Below are positions 18,784-28,056 of a stretch of 64,000 nucleotides of DNA, one piece after another. The notes beneath the pieces were generated by a model. The model saw nothing but the letters and a program-made list of their open reading frames with translations. It made no database searches and had not been told where the DNA came from. Within the stretch, counting starts at the first letter, position 1. Every line of letters begins with the position of its first letter. Source of the DNA: Thermoanaerobaculia bacterium (GTDB lineage: Bacteria; Acidobacteriota; Thermoanaerobaculia; Multivoradales; JAHEKO01); contig JBAUDS010000444.1 in NCBI GenBank assembly GCA_049678185.1, positions 7,158 to 71,157 on the forward strand, given 5' to 3'. The translations under genes were made by a program, and so were the position numbers.

Positions 18784-19713
18784 ATGATCGAAGTCGACGG
18801 TCTGCGCAAGGAGTACGGCTCGCTGACAGCCGTGGACGGTGTCTCCTTTACTGCCGAAGGGGCCGCCATCTTCGGGCTTCTCGGCCCCAACGGTGCCGGC
18901 AAGTCAACGACCATCGGCTGTATCTCGGGTCTGCTCCAACCGACGGCGGGGCGGATACGGGTCATGGGTCACGATGTGACGACCGACGGCCAAAAGGCCC
19001 GCGCCTGCCTCGGGGTCGTGCCCCAGGAGCTGGCGCTCTACGAAGATCTTTCCGCGGCCGAGAACCTCCTCTACTGGGGCTCGGCCTATGGCATGAAGGG
19101 CGCCGAGCTGAAGCGACGGATCGACGAGGTCCTCGAGCTCGCCGGGCTCCTCGATCGGGCCAAGGAGCCGGTCAAGCGCTTTAGCGGGGGGATGAAGCGT
19201 CGGCTCAACTTCGCCTGCGGCATCGTGCACCGACCGCAAGTCCTGCTGTTGGACGAGCCGACGGTGGGCGTCGATCCCCAGAGCCGGGTCCGTCTTCTCG
19301 ATCTGGTGCGCGAGCAGGTCGCCGCTGGGACCTGTGTTCTCTACACCACCCACTACATGGAGGAGGCCGAGGCGCTGTGTGATCGGCTGGCCGTGATCGA
19401 CCACGGCAAGGTGATCGCACTGGGATCGCTCACCGAGCTGCGAGCGATAATCGGTGAACGGGATGTTCTGCGTCTGGCCGGCACATTCCAGCCCGAAGCA
19501 GCGGCTGAGGCACTCGAGCATCTGGAGAACCTGGAGGTCGTTCAGGCTGAAGAAGACGGTCTGCTGCTGACTCTGGAGCAGGCCTCGCGCCGGCTGCCGG
19601 AGATCTTTGCGGCGCTCACCGCGGCCGGCGCCGAGGTGCGGGAAACAACCATGACCCAACCGAGCCTCGAGAGCCTGTTCATCAAGATCACCGGTCGGGA
19701 GCTGCGCGAGTAG
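18784..19713 (+). CDS. ABC transporter ATP-binding protein
   Basis: It carries Walker A (GPNGAGKST), the signature motif (FSGGMKRRL) and Walker B (VLLLDEPT). Confidence 0.9.
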   Translation: MIEVDGLRKEYGSLTAVDGVSFTAEGAAIFGLLGPNGAGKSTTIGCISGLLQPTAGRIRVMGHDVTTDGQKARACLGVVPQELALYEDLSAAENLLYWGSAYGMKGAELKRRIDEVLELAGLLDRAKEPVKRFSGGMKRRLNFACGIVHRPQVLLLDEPTVGVDPQSRVRLLDLVREQVAAGTCVLYTTHYMEEAEALCDRLAVIDHGKVIALGSLTELRAIIGERDVLRLAGTFQPEAAAEALEHLENLEVVQAEEDGLLLTLEQASRRLPEIFAALTAAGAEVRETTMTQPSLESLFIKITGRELRE

Positions 19714-19715
19714 AA

Positions 19716-20957
19716 ATGTCCTTTATCTGGAGCTCGGCACTCAAAGACCTGCGCCGCCGGGTGCGGGATCCGTTGGCCCTGGCCCTGGGGGCCGGAATCC
19801 CGTTTGTCACCCTCGCCCTGATCTCGCTGGCATTTGGTGTCGGCGGTGAGGTCAAGCCCCGGGCCCATCTGCTGGTTACCGACGAGGACAGCAGTTTCGT
19901 CAGTAACTTCCTGATCGGTGCTTTTGGACAGGGACCCGCGACCGAGCTCGTCTGGCTCGAAGAAGTGGAGCGTGAGGACGGGCGCACCCGGGTCGAGGCG
20001 GGGAAGGCCTCGGGCTGGCTCCTCATCCCGGCGGGCTTCGGTCAGGCCGTGCTGGAAGAAGAGCCTGTTACCCTCACCCTCGTCACCAACCCGGCGCAGA
20101 CCATTCTGCCCGGCATCCTCGAGGAGTTTCTAAGTGTCCTGGTCGATGCCACCTTCTATCTCCAACGCCTGCTTGGCGAGCCGCTGGAGGTGATCGCCGC
20201 CGGGCCGGAAGAGGGTGAAAGCACCCTCCCCGACCAGACGGTGGCCGAGATCAGCGTCACCATCAATCAACTGATGGAACGGCTGAGCACCTATCTGTTC
20301 CCGCCGGTGCTGGTGCTGGAGAGCGAGGTGGAGGTGGATGAGACCAAGGCCGACTTCAACCTCGGGGCCCTCTTCTTTCCGGGAATGTTCTTCATGGCCA
20401 TCCTCTTCATGGCCCAGGGGTTTAGCGACGACATCTGGCAGGAAAAGCTCCACGGCACCCTGCGACGGGTGATCACGACCCCCGAGGAGGTCTCCAGTTT
20501 TCTGGCGGGCAAGCTGCTGGCAGCGGCCGTCATCTTTGCCGCTCTCAGCCTGCTCGTGTTCATCGCCGGCAGCTGGCTCTACGGTTTCCCGCTTTCACGG
20601 CTGCCTCTGGCGGTGGCCTGGGCAACTTTTTCGGGTCTTCTATTTCTGGTGTTTTTCATCCTGATTCACCTCTACGCCGGCAGTCAGACCGCAGGCAGCA
20701 TTATGACCAGCTTCATCACCTTCCCGCTGCTCATGATCGGCGGCAGTTTCTTCCCCTTTGAGATCATGCCCGAGTGGCTGGCCTCGGTCGGTCGCTGGAC
20801 CCCAAACGGCTGGGCCCTGGAGCAGTTGAAGGCGATTCTCGCCGGCGGAGTGGAAATGGGCGGTCTTTCTGCCGCCTTCATCGGGCTGGCGGTAGTGGGA
20901 GCGGTGGCATTTGTATTGAGCTCGAGGAGTCTGAGACGGGGGTTTGCTCTGACATGA
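19716..20957 (+). CDS. ABC-2 family transporter permease
   Basis: It lies 3 nt after the ATPase stop. It has an N-terminal TM segment, a large periplasmic loop and five C-terminal TM segments, which is typical ABC-2 topology. Confidence 0.7.
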   Translation: MSFIWSSALKDLRRRVRDPLALALGAGIPFVTLALISLAFGVGGEVKPRAHLLVTDEDSSFVSNFLIGAFGQGPATELVWLEEVEREDGRTRVEAGKASGWLLIPAGFGQAVLEEEPVTLTLVTNPAQTILPGILEEFLSVLVDATFYLQRLLGEPLEVIAAGPEEGESTLPDQTVAEISVTINQLMERLSTYLFPPVLVLESEVEVDETKADFNLGALFFPGMFFMAILFMAQGFSDDIWQEKLHGTLRRVITTPEEVSSFLAGKLLAAAVIFAALSLLVFIAGSWLYGFPLSRLPLAVAWATFSGLLFLVFFILIHLYAGSQTAGSIMTSFITFPLLMIGGSFFPFEIMPEWLASVGRWTPNGWALEQLKAILAGGVEMGGLSAAFIGLAVVGAVAFVLSSRSLRRGFALT

Positions 20958-22096
20958 GCTGGCTGGGGAGCGCCTGGTTTATCGCCCGCAAGGATGTGCA
21001 GTACATGCTGCGCCAGAAGGCGACGATCCTCTGGACCTTTGTCATGCCCGTCCTGTTCTTCTTCTTCATCGGCAATATCACGAGTGGTTTTGGTAGTGAT
21101 GGCGAGCCCGACAAACTGGCGGTGTTGGTCGGGGAGGAGACCGGCTTTCTCGGCGACGAGCTAGAGCGGAGACTCGAAGAGCAGAACTTCGCGCTCGTGC
21201 CCGTCGAGAGTGCCTCCGAGCTGGCGAGCTACAGTCGACGCTTGACGCTCCCCGAGCGGCTGACCGAGAAAGCTCTGGCCGGGGAAGAGGCGACGGTGGA
21301 GTTCGTTCGCAAGGGAGAGGGTCTCGGCACCGACTACGACGAAGTCCGCGTGGGCCGGGCCCTCTACACCATGCTCGCCGATCTCGTGGTGACCGCCGAG
21401 GCCGGCGAGATGCCCAGTGCCGAGAGCTTTGCTCTTCTGCGACAGACCCCCCGGGCCCTCACCCTCGAGGTGATGCCCGCCGGCGAGAGGCAAGATCCTC
21501 CTGTCGGGTTCGAGCAGGCCATCCCCGGCACCATGGTCATGTTCACGCTGATTGTGCTCCTGACGAGCGGTGCCGTGCTGCTGGTCATCGAGCGTCGGCA
21601 GGGGCTGCTCCGACGGCTGGCCTCGACCCCTATCTCCCGCGGCAGTGTCGTCCTCGGCAAGTGGGGGGGTCGGATGGCCCTGGGGTTGGTGCAGATCGGC
21701 TTCGCTATTACTGCCGGAATGCTCCTGTTTGGCATGAACTGGGGAGATAACCTGCCGGCAGTGCTGGTGGTGCTCGTGGCCTACGCCTCGCTCACCGCCT
21801 CGCTGGGGATCCTCCTTGGCAACTTCGCCCGCACCGAAGGGCAAGCGGTTGGGCTGGGAGTAATGGTGAGCATGGTGCTCGCCGCCCTGGGTGGCTGCTG
21901 GTGGCCGATCGAGATCACTCCCTCCTGGATGCAGACCTTCTCCCGCTTCCTGCCCACCGGACTCACTATGGACGCCCTCCACAAGCTGGTGAGCTTTGGC
22001 GCCCCGGGCACGAGCGTCATTCCTCATGTCGTCATCCTGGTGCTCGCGGCTATCCTGAGTGGCTGGATCGCGGCGCGAAGTTTCCGCTTTCAATAG
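20954..22096 (+). CDS. ABC-2 family transporter permease (second paralog)
   Basis: An ATGA overlap joins it to the upstream permease. Its topology and length are similar to the first permease. Confidence 0.7.
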   Translation: MSWLGSAWFIARKDVQYMLRQKATILWTFVMPVLFFFFIGNITSGFGSDGEPDKLAVLVGEETGFLGDELERRLEEQNFALVPVESASELASYSRRLTLPERLTEKALAGEEATVEFVRKGEGLGTDYDEVRVGRALYTMLADLVVTAEAGEMPSAESFALLRQTPRALTLEVMPAGERQDPPVGFEQAIPGTMVMFTLIVLLTSGAVLLVIERRQGLLRRLASTPISRGSVVLGKWGGRMALGLVQIGFAITAGMLLFGMNWGDNLPAVLVVLVAYASLTASLGILLGNFARTEGQAVGLGVMVSMVLAALGGCWWPIEITPSWMQTFSRFLPTGLTMDALHKLVSFGAPGTSVIPHVVILVLAAILSGWIAARSFRFQ

Positions 22097-22169
22097 GCCC
22101 CGAGTCGGGGTGGAGCGACTGCAATAGACTGGCTCCCATGGTCTGTATCCCACCGAGGAGCGAACCGTA

Positions 22170-23498
22170 ATGGCGGCCGGAGGGCGGCAAGCTCACCCGT
22201 ACGACGTCGTAGTGGTGGGTGGGGGGCCGGCTGGCTCGACCGCAGCCGCGTTCTTGGCAATGGCCGGGCACAGAGTTGTTGTCGTAGAGCGAGAGAGCTT
22301 TCCCAGATTTCATATCGGCGAGTCGCTGCTTCCTGCAAGTCAGCCCATTCTGGAGCGTCTCGGGATAGCCTCGCGATTGGAGAGCGAGGGCTTTGTCACC
22401 AAGCGCGGTGCGTCAATCCTCTTCGAGGATGGCTCTACCGGTGCCTCGATCGTCTTTTCGCGCGGACTCGACTCGGGTCACAGTAGTACCTACCAGGTGG
22501 AGCGGGCACGCTTCGACAAGATCCTGCAAGAGACCGCGGTGGAAAAGGGGGCCGAGCTTCGATCGTCGACCCGGGCCACCGCTGTCGAATTTGACGAGAA
22601 GGAGGTGAGACTCCACCTGGCGGCCACGGGGGAGAGCTCATCTGCAATTGTCGAGACACTGCACGCGCGCTTCCTCGTCGATGCATCGGGCCAGGCCGGC
22701 TTTCTCGCCAAGCGCCTGGGGCTGCGACGCGTCGATCCGGATCTGCAAAGTGTGGCGGCATATGCACATTTTGTGAATGTTCACCGGTCAGACCAGGTGC
22801 CGGCCGGAGACATCCAGCTCATCTCGCGGCGCGATTTGAGCTGGTTGTGGCTCATACCGCTTTCAGAGGAACTCACGAGCGTTGGAGCAGTAGTACCGAA
22901 GGAGAATCTGAGGCGGACGAATGGACGGAGTAAAGAAGCCGCTTTTATGGAGCTGCTTTCATCGACATCGGTTGTCGCCAAGCAGATGGAGGCCGCTCAA
23001 CGGACGACTGAAGTCAAACACGAGGCGGATTTCAGCTACTCGTGCACCCACTACGCCGGAGACCGCTGGCTCCTGGCCGGAGATGCGGGGTCCTTTCTGG
23101 ATCCGGTGTTCTCGACCGGGGTTCAACTGGCGCTCGAAGCGGGAGAACAGGCAGCCGAAGCTATCGATGCAGCTCTTTCAGATGGAAGAGCTCGGGCAGA
23201 CGCGTTCGGGCAGTACGAGCGGAGCCAAAGGAAGCGGTACCGTCACTTTCGGCGGTACGTAAGAAGTTTCTACGACCCCGCCTTTCGCGATCTGCTCTGT
23301 CAAACTGCTACACGACTCGATCTAATGGAGGCGGTTACCTCCGTATTTGCGGGCCACACGAGGCTGAGTTGGAGGGTCCGCTGGCGCATGGAGCTCATCT
23401 TTCTGCTCGCCCGCCTCCAGAGCCTAGTACCTTCGTCAGTGCGACTTCATGACAGGTCTATGAAGCGTCCAGTTGAGGCGCCAGGTGATAGCTCCTGA
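22170..23498 (+). CDS. flavin-dependent halogenase (tryptophan-halogenase-like FAD-dependent oxidoreductase)
   Basis: It has an FAD-binding GGGPAGS motif, the WxWxIP motif (WLWLIP) and the FxxPxxSxG motif (FLDPVFSTG). These two halogenase hallmarks distinguish it from geranylgeranyl reductases. Confidence 0.7.
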   Translation: MAAGGRQAHPYDVVVVGGGPAGSTAAAFLAMAGHRVVVVERESFPRFHIGESLLPASQPILERLGIASRLESEGFVTKRGASILFEDGSTGASIVFSRGLDSGHSSTYQVERARFDKILQETAVEKGAELRSSTRATAVEFDEKEVRLHLAATGESSSAIVETLHARFLVDASGQAGFLAKRLGLRRVDPDLQSVAAYAHFVNVHRSDQVPAGDIQLISRRDLSWLWLIPLSEELTSVGAVVPKENLRRTNGRSKEAAFMELLSSTSVVAKQMEAAQRTTEVKHEADFSYSCTHYAGDRWLLAGDAGSFLDPVFSTGVQLALEAGEQAAEAIDAALSDGRARADAFGQYERSQRKRYRHFRRYVRSFYDPAFRDLLCQTATRLDLMEAVTSVFAGHTRLSWRVRWRMELIFLLARLQSLVPSSVRLHDRSMKRPVEAPGDSS

Positions 23499-23527
23499 TC
23501 GAAGCGTGCAAGCGGGAGGGGGCGGGC

Positions 23528-24385
23528 TCAACCCACAGGGCGACTCATCGCCAGCCGGATCACCTCTTCCGGAACGCCAGCCTCTTTCCAGGAGGCGAGA
23601 TCTTTGGCGGTGAGCGGCCTGGTGACCGTCTTGTTGGCTACATAGGCGGTGAGGGTCTCTGCCGAGAATCCCTGATCGAGAAGTCCTTTTAGCTCCTCGA
23701 GCAGCTCTTCCGGTGAGACGGCCTCACTTTGAGTCGATGAAGACCCAGCGATGCTGATGGGTGCCCGCCCGCCCATCCAGACGCGATGAAGGTCCGGCTG
23801 GCTGAAGAGATCTGCGAACGCCTCAATCATGGCGTCGCTCAGTACCTCGTTGCAGTTTTCATTGCTGAATTTCTTGCCGTAGCGGGAGGCGTCACCAAAA
23901 GCCGTCCCGGACCAGAGCTGAATACCGGCCCGATTCTGGAGCTGAGCGGCCACGCGGACCTCTGCATTGAAGGTGGAACCGACGGCTTTGTCCCTTTCGG
24001 TGACTTGAAATGTGAGGAGCTCGGCAGTCAGAGCAAGGTCGGCGTCCTCCGCGACTTGGATGCCCCATTCCTGGGCGTTCTTGACCAGGATCTTCTCCAC
24101 AAACGGCACCACTTCGTTCGTTGCTTTCAGGTCGAAGAGCTGGTCGTCATCGTTCGTTCGGCTGCCTATCAAAGCAGGGTCAGCGAAGGCTCGACCGTCC
24201 ACAAGGTGGATGCTGAGAGGGTGTTGACGAACGTTTCCGGGTATTGCCACCTCCGCTGCGGCCACGGCTTGCTGTGGGACGTAGACTAGATGGAAGTTGG
24301 GGTTGTTGGTTTTTGCCTGGACCGCTTCGCTGGTGAGAAATGAACCAATTACCAAGGCACTCCAGAGAACAGTTCCTGGTTTCAT
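23528..24385 (-). CDS. secreted protein of unknown function
   Basis: A signal peptide (VLWSALVIGSFLTSEAVQA) is present and no other motif was recognised. Confidence 0.45.
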   Translation of the reverse strand: MKPGTVLWSALVIGSFLTSEAVQAKTNNPNFHLVYVPQQAVAAAEVAIPGNVRQHPLSIHLVDGRAFADPALIGSRTNDDDQLFDLKATNEVVPFVEKILVKNAQEWGIQVAEDADLALTAELLTFQVTERDKAVGSTFNAEVRVAAQLQNRAGIQLWSGTAFGDASRYGKKFSNENCNEVLSDAMIEAFADLFSQPDLHRVWMGGRAPISIAGSSSTQSEAVSPEELLEELKGLLDQGFSAETLTAYVANKTVTRPLTAKDLASWKEAGVPEEVIRLAMSRPVG

Positions 24386-24647
24386 CAGAGCCTCCGTTCG
24401 AGCGAGAGATACACCTGCTTGTTGGAGATTATTCTACCGCGGAGCGCCGGATGGCGGCGCTCGAGCCGGAGAAACCACTACCGATTATTATGGCGTCATA
24501 GTCCTGCTTCACGTTTCTAGGTGGCCCGCGTAGAAAATCAGCGGAAGCGGAGCCCGGAGCCACATGCCTCTGTCGATGCGGCTTCACCAACGCCAGGGTC
24601 TCCATCGAAACACACCTACGGCTGAAAGGGACTGATATCCTGAATCA

Positions 24648-25406
24648 GTGAAAGATCGCCCCAAAGCCGAGCAACCCAGCCCGGTCGTTCCTCATCCCCC
24701 GTTGACCGAGTACTACCCGGACGCCGACACCCGCCGTCAGTTTGTGGACCGCATTTTCGACTCCACCGCGGAACATTACGAGTGGATCAACAAGGTCATG
24801 TCGTTCGGTATGGGCATTCGGTACCGACGGGAAGCACTCGAGCGTGCGGGTGTGTGCGAGGGTATGCGGGTGCTGGATGTCTGCACCGGTAGTGGCCAGG
24901 TGGCGCGGACCGGGATCGAGATGGTCGGATTGAATGGTTGGGTCGCCTGTTTGGATGCAAGTCTGGGGATGTTGTACGAAGCGTCTCGCGTGATCGGGGC
25001 GCCGCTGGTCCAGGGGTTCGTGGAGGACCTGCCGATTGCCGGTGGGGTCTTTGACGCCGTCACAATGGGATACGCCCTGAGACACGTAGCAGATCTCAAC
25101 GCCACCTTCCGCGAGTACCACCGAGTCCTGCGTCCCGGCGGACGGCTGCTGGTGCTGGAGCTCACCCGGCCACGGTCTCGATTCATGTATCACAGCGCCA
25201 AGTTCTATCTGAAGGGTGTGGTTCCTGCCGTGGCACGGTTGAAGGGTCGAGAAGCTCGAAAGCTCATGGAGTACTTCTGGGACACGATCGAGAATTGTGT
25301 CTCGCCGGAGACCATCCTTGGAGCGTTGGAGACTGCCGGGTTCGAGGCACCGAGCCGTTACGAGCAAATGGATTTATTCAGCGACTACACCGCTACCCGA
25401 CCTTGA
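24648..25406 (+). CDS. class I SAM-dependent methyltransferase (UbiE/MenG-like)
   Basis: It starts with GTG. Motif I is VLDVCTGSGQVA, the post-I acidic residue is present, and motif II/III is RVLRPGGRLLVLE. The N-terminal FDSTAEHYEWIN block is UbiE-like. Confidence 0.8.
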   Translation: MKDRPKAEQPSPVVPHPPLTEYYPDADTRRQFVDRIFDSTAEHYEWINKVMSFGMGIRYRREALERAGVCEGMRVLDVCTGSGQVARTGIEMVGLNGWVACLDASLGMLYEASRVIGAPLVQGFVEDLPIAGGVFDAVTMGYALRHVADLNATFREYHRVLRPGGRLLVLELTRPRSRFMYHSAKFYLKGVVPAVARLKGREARKLMEYFWDTIENCVSPETILGALETAGFEAPSRYEQMDLFSDYTATRP

Positions 25407-25423
25407 TATCCGACTTCTCTCGG

Positions 25424-26215
25424 TTATGGAAGGAGAACTGGTTGAAGTTCTCTTGCGTCGAGAGCATCCAGGAGACGCGGGAGAGCTTCCAAGACAACCG
25501 GACGGCCGCTCCGAGTCCGTGCAACAGACCCGTCGTGAAGCAGTAGCACGTCCCCCGCACCCAGGCGATCGACGAGTCGATCAACGACCTTCGAGGGACT
25601 CCTGGTAACCGTGTCGAAACCCCTCCTGGTCCAGGAAACGAGGTGCAAGCCGCGCCGCTGGAGATAGGGATCGAGCAGAGGGCTGCGAATCCCCGCGGGG
25701 GCGCGAAAATAGCGCGGGGCCTGCCCGGCAAGAGACTCCAGAAGCTCCTGGGTCCGATCCAGCTCGCGCGCGAGCTTGCGAGGTCCGGAGAACCAGAACG
25801 CAGGGGAATGACTCCAGGAGTGATTGCCGATCAGGTGCCCACCTTCAGCTATGGCCTTCACCATGGCAGGATGCGCGGCGGCTCGCCGGCCGATACAGAA
25901 AAAGGTGGCCGGCACCCGGCGTTGGCGCAGGATCTCGAGCACCTGGGGAGTCACCTCGGGGTCAGGACCGTCGTCGAAAGTGAGTGCCACGCGGCCGGCC
26001 GAGACGTCCGCGGGAGGGAGCTGGCTGAGATTGGGTCCCAGAAGGCGGCAGCGGGGTGCTAGTCCAGCTCCGACTACGATCGCGTGGTCGAGCAACAAGA
26101 CGGTCAGCCAGACCGGCCAGTGGGTGGGTCTCCTGACCAGCGCCATCCCGCAGACCAGATGAATACCAACCGACGCTACCACCAGGGTGTTGGGCCGCGA
26201 TCGAGGCGTTGTCAC
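25424..26215 (-). CDS. polysaccharide deacetylase (NodB-homology, CE4) with two N-terminal TM helices
   Basis: The motifs TFDDGP (the Asp-Asp metal and catalytic motif) and HSWSH are present. The start was assigned to an in-frame GTG that overlaps the ligase stop as GTGA. ATG 26146 is an alternative start. Confidence 0.65.
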   Translation of the reverse strand: MTTPRSRPNTLVVASVGIHLVCGMALVRRPTHWPVWLTVLLLDHAIVVGAGLAPRCRLLGPNLSQLPPADVSAGRVALTFDDGPDPEVTPQVLEILRQRRVPATFFCIGRRAAAHPAMVKAIAEGGHLIGNHSWSHSPAFWFSGPRKLARELDRTQELLESLAGQAPRYFRAPAGIRSPLLDPYLQRRGLHLVSWTRRGFDTVTRSPSKVVDRLVDRLGAGDVLLLHDGSVARTRSGRPVVLEALPRLLDALDARELQPVLLP

Positions 26216-27642
26216 GGCTCGCTGTCTTGATCTTCGAGAATCATCTTCACCGCCTGTCGGTCGATCTTGCCGCGTGAGGAACGTGGAATCTCGCCGACGA
26301 TGCGCACTTGCCGCGGCACCTTGTGGGCGGCGAGACGCTCGCGGCACCAAGTCGACACCTCGGTGGTGCTGAGGTGGTCGGTGTTCGCAGCAACTAGCGC
26401 TATGAGGGTCTCACCTGACCCGTTAGCTTCTGACGATCGGTGAACCAGGGCTTCGCTTACCCCGGGCATCGCCTCGAGTACGGCCTCGACCTCTCGCGGG
26501 CTCACTTTCTTGCCGCGCACGTTGATCATGTCGTCTACTCGACCCAAGAGAACAAGATCCTCGCCCTCGAATCGTCCCAGATCCGAAGTCCTGAAGCGTC
26601 CATTTCCGAGTCTGGTATCACTGCTGGGATAGTAGCCGAGTGCGGCCGCCGGTGATTCCACCTCGACTACCCCGGTACCGGCATCCTCTCCTTGGACGGG
26701 GATCAGTCTGATCTGCACGCCTTCGACTGCTGATCCCAGAGCACCCCGCTGGGCGGCACCCCCATCGCGGTCGTACGCAATTCCTCCGACCTCGGATGCA
26801 CCGTAGAAAGTGTGGATAGTCTGACCATAGACCTCTCGAAATCGTGTGGCAGTCTCGGGTCGCAAAGGCGCTCCCGCCGAAATAACGAGACGAACAGACG
26901 CAGGGAGGGGTGGGGGTGCGGTCATCTTCAGTAGCGCTTCGACGAAGGCAGGGACCGTGGGCAAGAACGTCACCTGGCCGTGTGTTGCGGCAGTGATGGG
27001 AGCAAAAGGGCCATGACTGTCGGGTATGGAGAGAGTCCAACTGGCAGTAAGAGCCGGCAGAAAGAGACTGCTGAATCCATAGGCATGGGACAACGGAATC
27101 GCGGCCAACGCCCTCTCGGTGTGGAGGCCCATCGTCTGCCGAAGCGCTCGGTCGTCCGCCAGGAGTGCCTCGGAAGTGTGGGCGATTCCCTGCGGCAGCC
27201 CAGTCGATCCCGAGCTCAAGCGAAGTGTGCTGACCTTGGCTGGAAGCGCTGGAAATTCTCCCTCCGCGGGCCCGGCGAGCAGATCGAAATCCTGATCGGA
27301 TTCAGGCCAGGCCCGGTGAGCGACGAGAACGGCCTTTGCACCCAGAGCGCCCTGAATTCTCTCGAGCTCGACCTGAGGAGTGGGCCAATCGATAAGTAGA
27401 ATCGGGTGGGAGGCCCGACGAAGTCCGAGATAACCCGCCACAAACGCCGGTCCATTTGGGGCCGAAAGCCCCACCAGAGCCCCTTCGGGCAGCCTGCTGG
27501 CAGCGACTCGGCTCGCCACCGCTTGGGCCAGGTCCGCAACCTCGGCGACGGTTGCCTTCTTGAGCGGCGAAGTCAGGAGGAGGTCCGACCCATGACGACG
27601 GGCACGGCTCTCGAATGCAAGGAGAATGGGGTCAGACGCCAT
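26212..27642 (-). CDS. AMP-binding acyl/aryl-CoA (or -ACP) ligase
   Basis: The AMP-binding core is LSSGSTGLPQGIAHT (the S/T-rich P-loop), with YGASE, a GEDLV-like region and a late Lys (PRSSRGKIDR). The start was taken at the internal ATG (MASDPILLAF). Confidence 0.8.
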   Translation of the reverse strand: MASDPILLAFESRARRHGSDLLLTSPLKKATVAEVADLAQAVASRVAASRLPEGALVGLSAPNGPAFVAGYLGLRRASHPILLIDWPTPQVELERIQGALGAKAVLVAHRAWPESDQDFDLLAGPAEGEFPALPAKVSTLRLSSGSTGLPQGIAHTSEALLADDRALRQTMGLHTERALAAIPLSHAYGFSSLFLPALTASWTLSIPDSHGPFAPITAATHGQVTFLPTVPAFVEALLKMTAPPPLPASVRLVISAGAPLRPETATRFREVYGQTIHTFYGASEVGGIAYDRDGGAAQRGALGSAVEGVQIRLIPVQGEDAGTGVVEVESPAAALGYYPSSDTRLGNGRFRTSDLGRFEGEDLVLLGRVDDMINVRGKKVSPREVEAVLEAMPGVSEALVHRSSEANGSGETLIALVAANTDHLSTTEVSTWCRERLAAHKVPRQVRIVGEIPRSSRGKIDRQAVKMILEDQDSEP

Positions 27643-27768
27643 TGCGAGGCAATGAACTCCACTGACAACTTTCGTCGATGCGCCTAGTATACTCTGGCGG
27701 AACGTGGGCACCTGCGGCGTCGGAAGGTGGGGGGCAAAAGGTCCGACCGCGAATCGGAGGAAGTGGCC

Positions 27769-28056
27769 ATGCCTGAGACAGGATCGATCCGTGCGCAGTT
27801 GAAGCGGTTGATCATCGACAGCCTCAATCTCGAAGAGATGTCGCCGGAAATGATTGGCGATGACTCGCCCTTGATGGGTGATGACGGGCTTGGCCTGGAT
27901 TCCGTCGACGCACTCGAGCTGGTGGTGGCGATGGAGAAAGAGTTCGGACTGCGGATCGAGGGTCAGGAGAGGCTCCGAGAGGCCTTCGTCTCAGTGGCGG
28001 GTCTTGCAGCATTCGTAGAAGAAATGATGGCGGAGAGCGTTTCTCCAGCGGAATGA
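27769..28056 (+). CDS. acyl carrier protein
   Basis: It has the GLDSVDALELV phosphopantetheine attachment Ser motif. It is about 95 aa long and is preceded by GGAGGAAG. Confidence 0.8.
   Translation: MPETGSIRAQLKRLIIDSLNLEEMSPEMIGDDSPLMGDDGLGLDSVDALELVVAMEKEFGLRIEGQERLREAFVSVAGLAAFVEEMMAESVSPAE

Noticed and set aside
25424-26350. A longer N-terminus for the polysaccharide deacetylase (start at 26350).
   Set aside because: It would overlap the ligase gene by about 140 nt, and its N-terminus is low-complexity and Arg-rich. The GTG at 26215 gives a GTGA coupling of the same kind as the rest of the operon.
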